64,000 nucleotides of DNA from Narcine bancroftii (Eukaryota). How positions within the stretch are numbered: the first letter of the stretch is position 1; every line of letters starts with the position of its first letter. This document shows, piece by piece, positions 1 to 12,275 of this stretch. The notes under the pieces are model-generated. The model saw only the letters and a list, made by a program, of their open reading frames with translations, made no database searches and was not told where the DNA came from. The stretch is taken from the NCBI RefSeq assembly GCF_036971445.1, contig NC_091476.1:93124001-93188000 (forward strand), in the 5' to 3' direction. The translations under genes were made by a program, and so were the position numbers.

Positions 1-99
1 TGATGCATGACATCTTGCATTGCACCCAGCCCAACCATTTTGAATTACTGACCATGTGTTAACAAATGTTAAATTTATCATAATATATCACACAGGTGA

Positions 100-2950
100 C
101 AGTGGGGATGGGAGGGAGATTTAAAGTCAATCAGCTATTGAGGCCAATGCTCGCGTTACATCAGCTGCAAGAGGACACAGCTGAGAACTGCAAAGAGCTA
201 GCCCATTGGTGAAGGGTGATGAGCATGGAGATGGTGATGGTGATGTTCATCTGAAAACTTACATGCCAAATCTAGGGAGCATACAAATCCAACCTTGCAC
301 ATGCATTGAATGGAGCTTAGACCTGATTATTTTTCAAAGTGCACTCTCTTGTGGCCAATCCTACGCCAATGTTTACGTAACTAACTAGAGGTTTCAGTTT
401 CCTTTGCAGCACAGGCATACATTTCCTATCATGTCAAGACTGAATTCAAACTTCTGACTTCTTGGGATGAATGAGTGTTTTGTTTGATCTTGGTTAATCC
501 ATGAGTTTTAGCATCTCCTTTCAGTGTTTCATTTCTGCCCTTGGTAGTTTGCTGGACCTTGACCACTTCCCTGTTGTAGTCCATGTCTTGCTCCCAGAAC
601 TTGAACTGAATGTCAGTTAGATGGAATGCCTGCATCTTGTACAACTAGTTTTGCCAATGCTTCCCAATCTGCACAATGATTGGACAGAATGGCCATTTCT
701 GCCTTTATAGGTCCAAGTCTGGCGTCAGTTTGATTTTGCATGAAACTTGAAGAACACCATGATTGACACCTCCTAAATGCACAAGATGTGTTCATGAAAA
801 TCACTAAATTGCACACATAAAATGGCACATTCTCCAATCAGATGTACACTTGGAAGAACCTCTTGCAGTGAGGTGGCTAGAAAGCTGGTCAAAATAAAAA
901 CTGGTGGGATGAATGGCCAAAATGATAAATGCTTTCATTGGTGTCCTAGGCCTATTGCAGTAATCTTGCTCCTCACCAACCAAATAGGAATAAATCGAAT
1001 CCACACCCATTTCACTCATGACTATTATCACAACTGAAATATTTATACATACAGTATATCTCACAACACTGAATATACATTAAACACTCACAAAGCTATT
1101 CACCCATTGCATAGGATGACATCATATTCACTGGCACTCTCTCCCTGGAGATTTGTTTGTTTTTACAGTAACAGACTGGAGAAGGGTTACTTGGAGCAAA
1201 TGATTCATAGTAATCTTGGGCTAAGCCACTTCAGAGCTTGTGGACCTAATCTATTGTTATGAGCCCAGAGGACCCCAAAATCCAGCAGCAATAGATATTT
1301 ACCAAGACAAGTGATTGCTTCAACAAAAGTTGCTTTTAATTATCTTTAAACATGAAAACAGGATCACACTTTAACTTATCACTATTAACTAACTTAACCT
1401 AACAAGCCCCTTCTAATTCTAAGCACACATGTATGTAATGTGTGTGTTTGTGTAAGTTCAGAAAAGTTCTTTGATTTACAGACCAATCTCACTTCTCATT
1501 CCTCCATGTTTACTAGTTTCAGGCAATTCTTGTATTGTGCACACAATTTAACATTTATGAAGTTCACCAGTCTTTGGTGCTTGAAAGGTAAATGGTTACA
1601 GCTCAGGAAGGTTCTTGTCAGTTTTCAGAGAGAGATTTGTTGTTCCCTGGACACCCACAACTGATTCCTTTTAATCAGCCACTTCAGTGTTGTTTTGCCG
1701 AAGAAACATGGCCCATCAGGATTTTCCTGACGATAACCTCTTCCTTTCAGGTCACCACAGAGTCCCTTTTTTTTTTCTCTTATTTCAAGTGAAACAGTAT
1801 GCAGCCTCTCCTCTTGAATGAATCACAAGGGCTTTGACCAGCACTCACAACCCCTCTTCAAAATGGGGTTTTTCCATAATTTTGCCAGCTTGTCCTATTC
1901 CAGTCCCAGCTGTTGCTGCTGACTGTAAAACTGTAGAACTGATCTCTCTCTCAGAGAAAAGCCTGTTTGACTCCCTCTCTGCTTGCAAAAACCACATGAC
2001 TCTCTTAGAATGGCAAACAGCTCTCCCAGACAGCCTGTGGCTCCGAATCTACTCCTCCGAGTTCTTTCATCTGTTGCTTTTCAAAACAACAATCTGCTAG
2101 TGAAGTCCCTTGGGCACTCTTCAAAGTTTTGTAAAGGCTCTTGGAGCCGACCTGTCTGGCTTGAGCAGAGCTCCACTATTTTAAATGAGATCTGTTTTGA
2201 AGTGTTTGCATATGACCTACACTAAAAAAACTTATCCCAATTTATCTCCTTAAAACATACCTATAATCTGCCACACTAACTTCTTACTTTTAGCTTCTCT
2301 ACAAATTAGTACCTATTCTATCTTGATAATGTAAAGATGGATTAAATTGTCCCTGCCCTCCTTTTCCCTCCCACTTATCATTGAACAATGCCATCCTGTC
2401 TTTTTCATTTCCATATAGCAATACTTGCAACTTCCAATTCAGGTCTTGCTTCTTCATGGGCTTGAAGGAGCAAATTGGAGAAAGGATCTGCCCTAGATAA
2501 TTCACCAAATACACTTTTGCCAGGCCATGAATTAGTTCTCTGTGGTGCAAACACAGAGCTGCAGAATTGAGATGCACACTAAGACTGAGGAATCTATGGT
2601 GCCTCAAATCCCTAGTGTGTGAAAATACCTGGAATAATGATGCCCAAGATTTTGTACTGAACTGAACATCATCCTTTCTAACATTGTGAATATGCCCAGC
2701 TGCACATTAACAATTGTGGAACCAACCATAATGCTGAGAATGATAGCTAAGGACACACCTTCCATGGCAGCACAGGAGGAAACAACCCAACCAATAGAAG
2801 TTATGATTCCTGTCAGCATGTCAATGTATCTATGGTTGTCAGAATCTTGATGATGTCATATCACTCAGTGGCCTATTCTCCTGCTGCTTTCTGGGTTAGT
2901 GGAGGCTCCAATTCAGAGGAATGTCAGTGGTTCCATTTAATGTATCTGAA
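100..2950 (-). mobile_element. Very old, degraded CR1/L2-like LINE remnants, split by the solo LTR at 1255-2275; similar remnants continue at ~7000-7900
   Basis: Minus strand at 2640-2830 resembles a decayed RT 'PQGSVL..FADD' region. Many stops and frameshifts. Boundaries approximate. Confidence 0.3.
1255..2275 (-). mobile_element. Solo LTR (~1 kb)
   Basis: Ends tgttatga...ctgccaca (TG...CA). Flanks ctat/ctaa are a near-match 4-bp TSD. Non-coding. Orientation tentative. Confidence 0.6.
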
Positions 2951-2972
2951 AACAAGTGTCTTTGAACCCGAC

Positions 2973-3693
2973 ATGAACGACCCTTCGATCAACTTTATAG
3001 CCATCAAGCTTCCTGACTTCTGGGTTCAGGAGCTGGAGACCTGGTTCAGCCACGCAGAGTCTCAGTTTCACCTCAGCCAGATTTCATTGGATTCAACCAA
3101 GTTTTACCATGTGTTCGCAGCCCTGGACCAGGCCACCGCCAAACGAGTGCTGCACCTCGTTCAGCACCCACCCGCGGAAGATAAGTACGGGACCATTAAG
3201 CGGGTGCTCACCGGCTCCCTTGACCTCTCGGCGCCAGCGTGCCACCCGGATGCTGCTCCTCGATGCCTTGGGAGACAGAACTCTAATCGAGTTGATGGAG
3301 GAGATGCTCGCGCTCATAGGCAATCACACCAACTGCCCACTCTTTGAGCGCATTTTCCTCGACCATCTGCCTGATGACATCAAGCTGTTACTGTCTCAGG
3401 AGAGCTTCATCGACCCTAGGAAGGTCGCTTAAAAGGCTCAGGAGCTATAGCTCGAACGATTCCCGGAGGGCTCAGCAGTCCAGTAGGTTACGAGTCATGG
3501 GTATGACCATACCAAGCCTTCCTCTAGCGCTGCGGTGGAACACCCGGCCCCTTCAGGGGCCTCAAAGAGCATAATCAGAAGCAAGCCATCCATTTCAGCC
3601 CTCTGCTTCTTCCACCAGCGCTGGGGAGCCAAGGCTCAGAGGTGTCGGCAGCCCTGCTCATTCCAGGGAAATGAGCAGGCTGGCCGTTGTTAA
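2973..3693 (+). pseudogene. gag: Gypsy gag (disrupted)
   Basis: Begins MNDPSINFIAIKLPDFWVQELETWFSHAESQF. C-terminal CFFHQRWGAKAQRCRQPC (CHCC knuckle, 3604-3657). One frameshift near 3230 and internal stops. Confidence 0.85.
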
Positions 3694-6680
3694 TGGCTGC
3701 GGCGGCTGGCCAAGAACACAGCCTTCTCTTCCTGCGGGATTCAGTCTGCAGCCGATGCTTCCTCGTCGACACCGGGGCCCAGATCAGCGTCATCCCGGCC
3801 ACAGCCATCAAGTCCTGGAACTGGCCTCGAGGACCTCCCCTCCATGCAGTCAATTTGACGGAGATCCAAACCTATGGAGACAAGACCGTTCACTTCCAGA
3901 TCGGCCAGCGGAAGTTCTCGTGGAGGTTCACCGTTTTGTCCCTCTCAACCGCCATCCTGGGTGTCGACTTCCTCCTTGCCCACGGACTCCTGGTCAAGAT
4001 TCAAGGTAGGCAACTGGTAGTTGCCTGTACCTTCCAATCCGTTCACCTCAATGCCTCTTGCACAGAGCAGCTGCATATGGCCATGGTCAGCACGCCCAAG
4101 GACGAGTTTCATCATATTATGGATGGTTCCCATCCCTCCTCAAGCTGCAGTTCTCTACCACCTCACCATGCTTTGGGGTGTTTTATTACGTCCCCACCCA
4201 AGGCCCGCCGGTCAATGCCAAGGCACGCTGGCTCCTGCTGGATAGGCTCCAGATAGTGAAGGAAGAGTTCTTGCATCTGCAGGAGCTGGGGATCATTTGA
4301 TGCTCCGACATTCCTTGGGCTTCACCACTCCACCTGGTCCCGAAAGCCTCCGGCGGCTGTCGCCTCTGCGGAGATTATCGACAGCTTAATAACGCGACAG
4401 TACCTGACTGTTACCTGATCCCTCACATCCAGGACTTTACGGCCAACCTGCAAGGTGCGAGGGCATTCTCCAAGGTCAACCTGGTGTGCAGGTATCACCA
4501 AATTCCGATGCACCCCGAGGACATACCCAAAACGTCCATCATCACCCCCTTCGGCTTGTTCGAGTTCCTAAGCATGCCGTTCGGGCTCAAGAATGCCGCC
4601 CAGACCTTCCAGCGCCTCATGAACACAGGGGCAGGGATTTGAATTTCGTATTCATTTACCTGGGCGACATCCTTGTCACCAGCAGAGACTGGGCACAACA
4701 CAAGTTTCACCTGTGCACCCTCTTCTCCCGACTGGCCGACTTCGGCCAAACGATCAATCCGGCCAAATGCCAGTTCGGGAAAGAGTCCATGCAGTTCCTG
4801 GGCCATACCATCACGGCCGAAGGAGCTATACCTGCCGCTACGAAGGTCACTGGAGTCAGGGAGTTCCCACGCCCGGACAACCTCAAGGGGCAACAGGAGT
4901 TCGCGGGTACGGTCAGTTTCTATACCCGCTTCATTCCAGGCGCTGCGCGCATCATGCAGCCGTTCTTTGCCCTCATTGCGGCCAAAGACAAGACACTTGC
5001 CTGGACTCCAGAGGCCAGCAGGACATTCAAAGCCACGAAAGATGCCCTCGCAAAGGCTACCCTGCTCGACCACCCACGCACTGATCTACATATGGTGCTC
5101 TCCGTCGATGCCGCTGCCACAGCTGTCAACGCTGTCCTGGAGCATTGGGTGAACGGACAGTGAAAACCACTGGCATTCTTTAGCAGACTTCTTCGCCCGC
5201 CAGAGCGCAAGTATAGCGCTTTTGACCATGGGTTGCTGGGCATGTACCTGGCGGTGCACCATTTCTGCTATTTCTTGGAGGGGAGGCCTTTCACCATTTT
5301 TACCAACCACAAACCCCTAACTCAGGCGCTCGCTATAGCAAGAGATTCCTGGTCGTCCTGTCAACAGTGTCACCTTTCCTTCGTGTCGGAGTTCACCACC
5401 GACATTCAGCATAAGACGGGGAAAGACAACGTGGTCACCGACGCACTCTCATGACTGGCCAATTGTGTGCTGACACTCAGCCTCGTCTTCGACCGGCTCG
5501 CCTGGGACCAGAAGTCCGATGAGGAGACGCGGGCCTTCAGGACTGCCGTCACGGCCCTGCAGTTCTAGGACCTCCCGACTCCTCACGGGGAGGGCACCGT
5601 CCTGTGCAATGTCTCCATGGTCACCCCGCATCCAGTGGTTCCCCAGCAGTGGTGCAGGCAAGATCTTCCACCATATCCATGATCTTTCCCACCCTTCCAT
5701 CAGGTTCACGGTCCGTATGGTGGCAGAACGTTTCGTCTGGCATGGGCTTCGGAAGCAGATTGTGGACTGGGCCAAAACCTGCACCCATTGCCAGCTTTCC
5801 AAGGTACACAGGCACACCAGAGCACCTATACAAAATTTTGAACACGTCCGGGAACAGTTCAGCCACATACATGTGGACATCATCGGACACTTACCTGTTT
5901 CCCGAGGTAACCGTTACCTTTTTGCACCACTCGCTGGCCCGAGGCAATCATGATGCCAGATGCCTCCATGGATTCCTGCTCCCAAGTGCTTTTGAACGGT
6001 TGGGTTGCCCGAACCGGCGTCCCGAACCACCTCACCAGTGATCGGGGCACCCAGTTCAATTCTGCATTCTGGGCATAGCTCGCCAACAGGCTGGGGATCG
6101 AGCTACATCACACCACGGCCTATCATTCACAGGCTAATGGGCTAGTCGAGCGTTTGCATCGCCACCTTAAGTCGGCACTGATGGCCTGCCTCACCGACCC
6201 CGACTGGATGGACGAGCTGCTTTGGGTGCTCCTGGGCATCCGCTCGACACCCAAAGAAGACCTACAGGCGTTATCAGCCGAGCTGGTTTACGGTGCACCG
6301 CTAGCTCGTCATCATACCTCACAACCCCCAGCAGTTATCGCACGGTCTACTTCTTACCTGCCTTTGGGCCCAGTTGGACTCCTTCACACCCCCACCGCCG
6401 CCGCCCAGACACGGCCCACGTCCCCCAGCGAGCTGTATTCTGCAGAGTATGTTTTTATCAGGCAGGGCTCATCCACAGCACCTCTACAAAGACCATACGA
6501 AGGGCCGTACAAAGTCGTCCAGCTTTTGGGATCCACTTTCACACTGGACATCGGTGGTAAGAGGGAACTGTTTATGGTGGACAGGTTAAAGTCAGCCCAC
6601 CTCGACCTCACTGAGCCATTAGTTGTGGCCCAATCCAAGAAGCGAGGCCACCCAACAGAAAAAGACATTGGCGCCAGTTC
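3687..6680 (+). pseudogene. pol: Gypsy pol (protease, RT, RNase H, integrase), frameshifted
   Basis: PR FLVDTGAQISVIP. RT PWASPLHLVPK..GDYRQLN..MPFGLKNAAQTFQR..IYLGDILV (YLDD mutated). RH VDAAATAV, KYSAFD. IN HHCC (HDLSHP..CTHCQ), HVDIIG, SDRGTQF, and GPY motif LQRPYEGPYKV. Confidence 0.92.
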
Positions 6681-6699
6681 TGTGGGGGGGGGGGGGCTG

Positions 6700-6998
6700 T
6701 GTGGCGGAACGCCATTCAGCAAGCGAACCAGTCCCATTTGTCATGCATGTGGCGGGGCAGCTAGCTAAAATGGCGCAGTTGGGGGGTTTCCTCCCAACCT
6801 TGGCACTGGGCTCAGAAGCCCATGCTTGGCGACCCACATGATGCCCCAGTGACGTCGGGGCCCCCAGAACAGTTCTCAGCCAGGTCTGGGCTGAGAGTAT
6901 AAGACCAGCCAGGCAGCCTGCAATAAATCAGTTTTGCTCACTGAATTCAACCCGTCTGGTTGTGCGATTCTTCAGTTAGCAGTGTAGCCACCGCTACA
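6700..6998 (+). repeat. 3' LTR of the Gypsy element (299 bp)
   Basis: Terminal inverted repeat tgtggcgg...ccgctaca directly after the PPT. TATA-like gtataag ~6897, AATAAA at 6922. Confidence 0.9.
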
Positions 6999-9246
6999 GG
7001 ATGTAAAATCACACAGAAAGCTTATTTCTCACTGATTATGTGGTTTTGGATTTTAATGGCATTATAGAAAGATTGGCATATTGCATTATTTTCTTCAGGT
7101 TTTCATGAACTATGCAGAAGATCATTGATGGACAGTTGCTTATTAGGGAACAGTGGCAGTCAGTAGATTTGGACTTCTCTTTCTGCTTTATAATGAGATT
7201 TGTTCAGAAATGTCAGGAGATTGGCATTTATTACTCATTCCATATTCCTGATCCACTTCAGTACTTGCAGCGAGGGAACTGACACTGGTGTTTGGAAGCA
7301 TCTCCAGCATTTTGTAGTCGTTAAAGAACCCAAGTGATAGTCTCTGTTGATATAAGATTGGGGGTTCTCCCTGCAGTAGGAGGAAACTTTCATAGCTTGC
7401 GCCATCCAGGGGGGGATATAGCATATACTGCACAGATTGCACAAATGTGGGACTTGAGTGAAATGTTTGGTTGACAGACAGTAGACCAGTGGGAATCTTT
7501 GTGCTGAATGATTCGGAATGTCTTTGGAGATGTACCCAACATAGCAAATGGAGAATATATGCCAGTGTCTTTAGAAGTAACTACAATTCTGATTTGAGCC
7601 TTTGAGTTGGTGGAATGTATTTACAAGGTAAATATCATTCACTGCTCTGTCTAATGCCACAGTAATTAAGAAGCAGTTTCTGGTGATTTTCTAGTAAATG
7701 GTGATCCGCAAGATATTGCTGTTGAGGCAATGGGAAGGGTCCATACTGTTGTGCATTAACAGGAAATAACAAGACTTTTAACTGATGGAGTTGGTCATCG
7801 CATTTTGGTACATTGGTAACTTACCCATTGGCCCTCTAAATTGAAAAGATGTCAATGACTTGCTTCATTCAGCAATGAGTTGCATCTGATCTAATGGAGT
7901 AAACCCATCAAGTCAATCTCAAGCATATATCTCATGCCTTAACACCAAATGTTGATTTTCCACTTTTTACTCTTTATGTATTTCCTGTCCTTCCTATTTC
8001 TGGAAATTAGGCCAGGATTTTGCCCTCATGAGTGTGACGCAAAGCACTGGTTAATTACAATACGGCTCTGGTCAATTCAGTATGTTCAAGAAAATTGTTT
8101 ATGACACCTTTAGCAGCAAGGAAAAAGTACTCTTATGTTACTCAAGTAATATGGTTTTCGCATACCCTTCTGCTTTCCCTGGCAAAAGCAAATCTCAGAG
8201 TCAATAGGCTTTGACTCTGCTTGGCCATGACTAATGTTTGAAGGAAAAATCTGTCCAACCAATCCAGGAAACAGTTTTCAAGGGAAAAGAAACTGCTCTC
8301 ACATCCTTTATGCTGGCAAAAGCGAATATAAGCGTAGCTCCTGTGTTTATAATCTTTAGCACCACTCAAAATTCCATTTGAAAGTTCACTTGATCAATGC
8401 ATAAAACTTGTTTATCCATTGCAACTCCCAGTTCCATGACAAATATTTTCTGTCACATGACAGATCGCTGTAGCAATTTGCTTGAATGAAGCTGTTTATC
8501 ACATTCTTGTCACATTCATCATTGCCACACCGGTTGGTACTTAATGTTAGCTTTACATATCAAAGTTTTAATAAAATAAGTAGACATATATTATCACTTT
8601 TTAAACCAATCACAAGTTTCTTGCTGTCTTTGTTTTGCCACAAATTGTTAAACCTATGATGCTACAGCAGTTTGCCTTTGAAAGGAACTGCAGGATACCC
8701 CTAGCTGGTTCAGGCAGCTGAATCACATCTTGAGGAGTCTCTAAGGATCATCTCTCTGACTAGTATCGTGACAAAATCAGGGTAGCTCCAGACATTGTCT
8801 CATGATGAACACACCATGTGAGTTTCTGAATATTCTGAGCTTCTAATTATTTATAATTGGATACTGAATTTTAACATTTAACATCCTTTGGGCATTTTAT
8901 TTTGGATTATTACAATTTGCAATACATTCTTTTCTCTATGACACTGATTTTTTAGACATTCAAATTTACTAACCCTTGAACTATGGTATCTTATTCAGTA
9001 TCTCATTCATTGATCTTTTTTTTCTCTTCAAACTTTGATATTTTACTGTGAACACTCAAGTCCAGGCCACTGATGGATTATTACAAAGAGGAATAATCCT
9101 CACACTATCCCCTGAAGGTCATTACTGCTCACTTTCCTTCAGAATAAAAAACATCAGTTTACCACCATTGTATTCCTCTGGCCCTTTATTTCGGGTTGAT
9201 TTGCATGAGGTTTACTTTTGCTAGCAAGTCTATTGTTTGATATGTT

Positions 9247-9679
9247 TGTGATAGTACAGATCTATCACCAATGTATATAGTGTATATAGTTACAGTATCT
9301 AGACTGTGCTTACAGCGATTGGCTGAGAGCTAAGCCACACCTACTGTCTGGGCCTTAAAGGGTTGTGTCCCTCGCCAGGTCGGATCATTCCGGACTGGTC
9401 GGCCACCTGTGAAGAGCTCCTGTCTTTTGCTAATAAAATTGTAGAGCTCGTCGAAAGAACCAAAGACTTGTTGATCCAGACCAAGGCTTTTATTAGCAAA
9501 AGACAGGAGCTCTTCACGGGTGGCCGACCAGTCCGGAATGATCCGACCTGGCTAGGGACACAACCCTTTAAGGCCCAGACAGTAGGCGTGGCTTAGCTCT
9601 CAGCCAATCGCTGTAAGCACAGTCTAGATACTGTAACTATATACACTATATACATTGGTGATAGATCTGTACTATCACA
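9247..9679. mobile_element. Fold-back (palindromic) LTR element, copy 1
   Basis: Inverted 192-bp arms (9247-9438, 9488-9679) with 3 mismatches by eye and a 49-bp spacer. Full LTR on the minus strand at 9440-9679. TG...CA ends. Perfect TSD ATGTT. Confidence 0.93.
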
Positions 9680-9689
9680 ATGTTAGCAA

Positions 9690-10197
9690 ATGCCTGTTTA
9701 CAAGACTAGTTTTGGGTTTGTGAGAATGATCCTAGGGATGAGAAGGTTAATGTCTGAGGACCCTTTGATGGTTCTGGGTCTGTACTGGAGCTTAAGAATG
9801 AGGGTGTGAATCTCATTGAAACTCATTGAATATTATTGAATGGACTGGATAGAGTGGACTTGGGAGACGTTTCCTGTAGTAGGAAGGTTTTGAACTGGAG
9901 GGCACAAACCAAGAATAAAAGGATTTCTCTTTAGAACAGTGTTGATAAGAAATTTCCTCAGCCAAAGAATGGTGAATCTGTGGACTTTATTTCCACAGAA
10001 GACTGTGGAAGTCTAGTCATTGGGTATATATAAAGCAGAGGTTGATAGATTCTTGATTAGTGAGAGTGACACAGGTTGAGGGAGAAGGCTAGAGAATGGA
10101 GTTGAGAGGAAAAATATATCAGCCATATTCAAATGGCAGAGCAGACTTGATGGGCTGAATGACCTAATTCTGCTCCTACTTCATACGGTTTTATGGA
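9690..10197 (+). mobile_element. CR1 LINE 3' fragment
   Basis: Decayed GLYxLE..R.DLIE...RMVNLW RT C-terminus followed by a CR1 3' UTR. Confidence 0.8.
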
Positions 10198-10809
10198 AAC
10201 CCATATATACATCAACTATATTATACTCATCTATTCACCCCAGTGCTTCATCAAAGAACTCAGTCAGGACCCCTACATGTAGTCTGCTGTGAGGTCAATT
10301 GATAATGTTAATCCTTGTGCTCATAATGGCTTATCACATTAAAATGACTAACAACATTTCCATGAATTAATTGTAATTAAAATAAGTGGTGCAGAGAAAA
10401 GAGCAAACATAGCTTGGAGCAGACATACAGTCTGTTTTGTTCAGCATAAGGAATGTTGGTATTGTATATGTAGGAATGCTACAACATTATTTGCTGGCAC
10501 ACATGAAAATATGAACTTGGGCAAGTTCCCAACATCCTGGATTGTAATTAATTTCCCCAAAAATAGAAGATATGAACAGGCCTTAGAATGTTAACTCCCA
10601 AGAAAATAAACATTCAGGTCAATATGATGTACGCACAGTCTTTGGCAATGAATATGTGTGGGGAGTACACTTACAAAAGAACTTCCCAACTTAATTCTAC
10701 TTTCCAGAGCACTGTGCCTACAGCTCTACAGTTACACTTCTGGGTCCATATTATTTATGGTGAGACTCTGTCTCTGCCATCATCTTCAGCCATGAGAAGT
10801 TGAATGTAC

Positions 10810-11073
10810 TGAAGATATCTATGGAAAGGTACTGAAGAAGTTACTCAAGAAGCCTGCCAACATCATAAAGGACCCCCATTCCCTGGTCACCTCTTCTGAC
10901 TGCTACCTGTGGATAGAAGCAACAGAAACCTGAAAACCAGCATCTCCAGTTACATGAATTTTTTTTTCCCCCCAATGACTATCAGGTTCTTGAATCTCTT
11001 GATTACACTCATCAGGAACTGCTCCAACGCCACACAAAGACTGTCTGCACTATTGTAATGCCACTATTCTTCT
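10810..11073 (+). mobile_element. Rex-Babar/L2-like 3' fragment
   Basis: aacatcataaaggacccccatt..ctgctacct..atcaggttcttgaa resembles the Rex1-type ORF end (I.KDP.HP). Confidence 0.5.
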
Positions 11074-11085
11074 TCCACTATGATT

Positions 11086-11265
11086 CTTTCTTTGGCTTGG
11101 CTTTGTGCGGATGAAGATTTATGGAGGGGTAATGTCCACGTCTGCTGCAGGCTCGTTGGTGACTGACAAGTCCGATGCGGGACAGGCAGGCACGGTTGCA
11201 GCGGTTGCAAGGGAAAATTGGTGGGTTGGGGTTGGGTGTTGGGTTTTTCCTCACCTCACCCCACC
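11086..11265 (-). mobile_element. RTE LINE, extreme 3' end (5'-truncated)
   Basis: Matches the 3' end of the RTE at 48107-48265. 12-bp TSD tccactatgatt (11074-11085, 11266-11277). Confidence 0.88.
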
Positions 11266-12275
11266 TCCACTATGATTATTGTGAATATTTATTAACTACC
11301 TATCTTTTGTGTTTATTATCTATTTTTAAATCAATGGTGTACTATGGTGTTTTTTTCATGCTTTGCCTTTTTGGCTCTATCAATTTTGGGGCACTTCCTC
11401 CATTGTGTTGGTTGAAAAGCAAAGACATAGTTCAATCCAATCTTTGTTTATCTTTATTGAAAATATGGTTTTTTAAAATTTCAATCCTCGGAGAGAAAAG
11501 TAACCAAACCTGATTGCATGAGATACTACACTTAGCGTGAGGGTAAACCTCTAAAGTAGCAATCCAAATCATGCACTTACTCTGCTATTTGTGGCTTCGT
11601 GCATCTTATATTTATGCTAATCCAGAACCATCAATCATTCCTAAATATGTGTGGGCTCAAAAGATGGTGCTTCAGGAAATATGAGTCCGATTGACTTCAA
11701 TATTGTTGTCATCACTTGACATTATTGCGAAGGATGCTGCAATTTTGGGTTGTATGAATGATGCACAAAACCAATGAAAAAGGATTTGCTGATAATTTTC
11801 ATCCAAGAAATTTAAAGCATATCTATCATACCCCATATTATTGAAAACCACATTTTGTGGAGACATAATAATATTGCAAAAATTTATGATTTTGTTGGGC
11901 AATTTCCAATTATTCCACATCTTGGTATTCCAGATACTGTGAAAAATAAACACACATTATGATTTGTTTTCTTTTCAAACACAATTCCGTTTATGCATTC
12001 TTTCACTGATTATGCAGATCCCAAATCAAGAGAACAGCTTGAGGGCTATGACTCTGTTCAGTTGAATCTGTGACCCTGTTTCATCCATAAACAATGTAAA
12101 ACACAAGCAATTAAAGAAAGTGGATAGATATGGAAATGTCTATAAACAAGGGAGCTATTTGTCAGTGAATTGTATGTATTTTCCCTTTTGTGAAGATCTC
12201 CCAATTGTAATTTTCTGATATTTGTTTATTAAACTATGCTATAGCTTTGATGAAATGTTTAGACATTCCATTTAG

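Larger units (their letters stand above)
2958..6998 (+). mobile_element. Ty3/Gypsy LTR retrotransposon, CsRn1-like clade, defective, 5' LTR/PBS missing
   Basis: Domain order gag-PR-RT-RH-IN, poly-G PPT at 6684-6696, 3' LTR at 6700-6998. Sharply more GC/CpG-rich than the flanks. Confidence 0.93.

Noticed and set aside
8142-8530. Protein-like reading CGNDECDKNVINSF... on the minus strand
   Set aside because: Multiple stops, no splice framework, no family recognised.
9247-9679. DIRS inverted repeats, or an assembly fold-back artefact
   Set aside because: TG...CA ends with a 5-bp TSD do not fit DIRS. Arm mismatches, the TSD and a second diverged copy argue against an artefact.
11581-11953. Minus-strand exon-like segment and 93-aa ORF
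   Set aside because: Stops in all frames before the donor; no recognisable homology.
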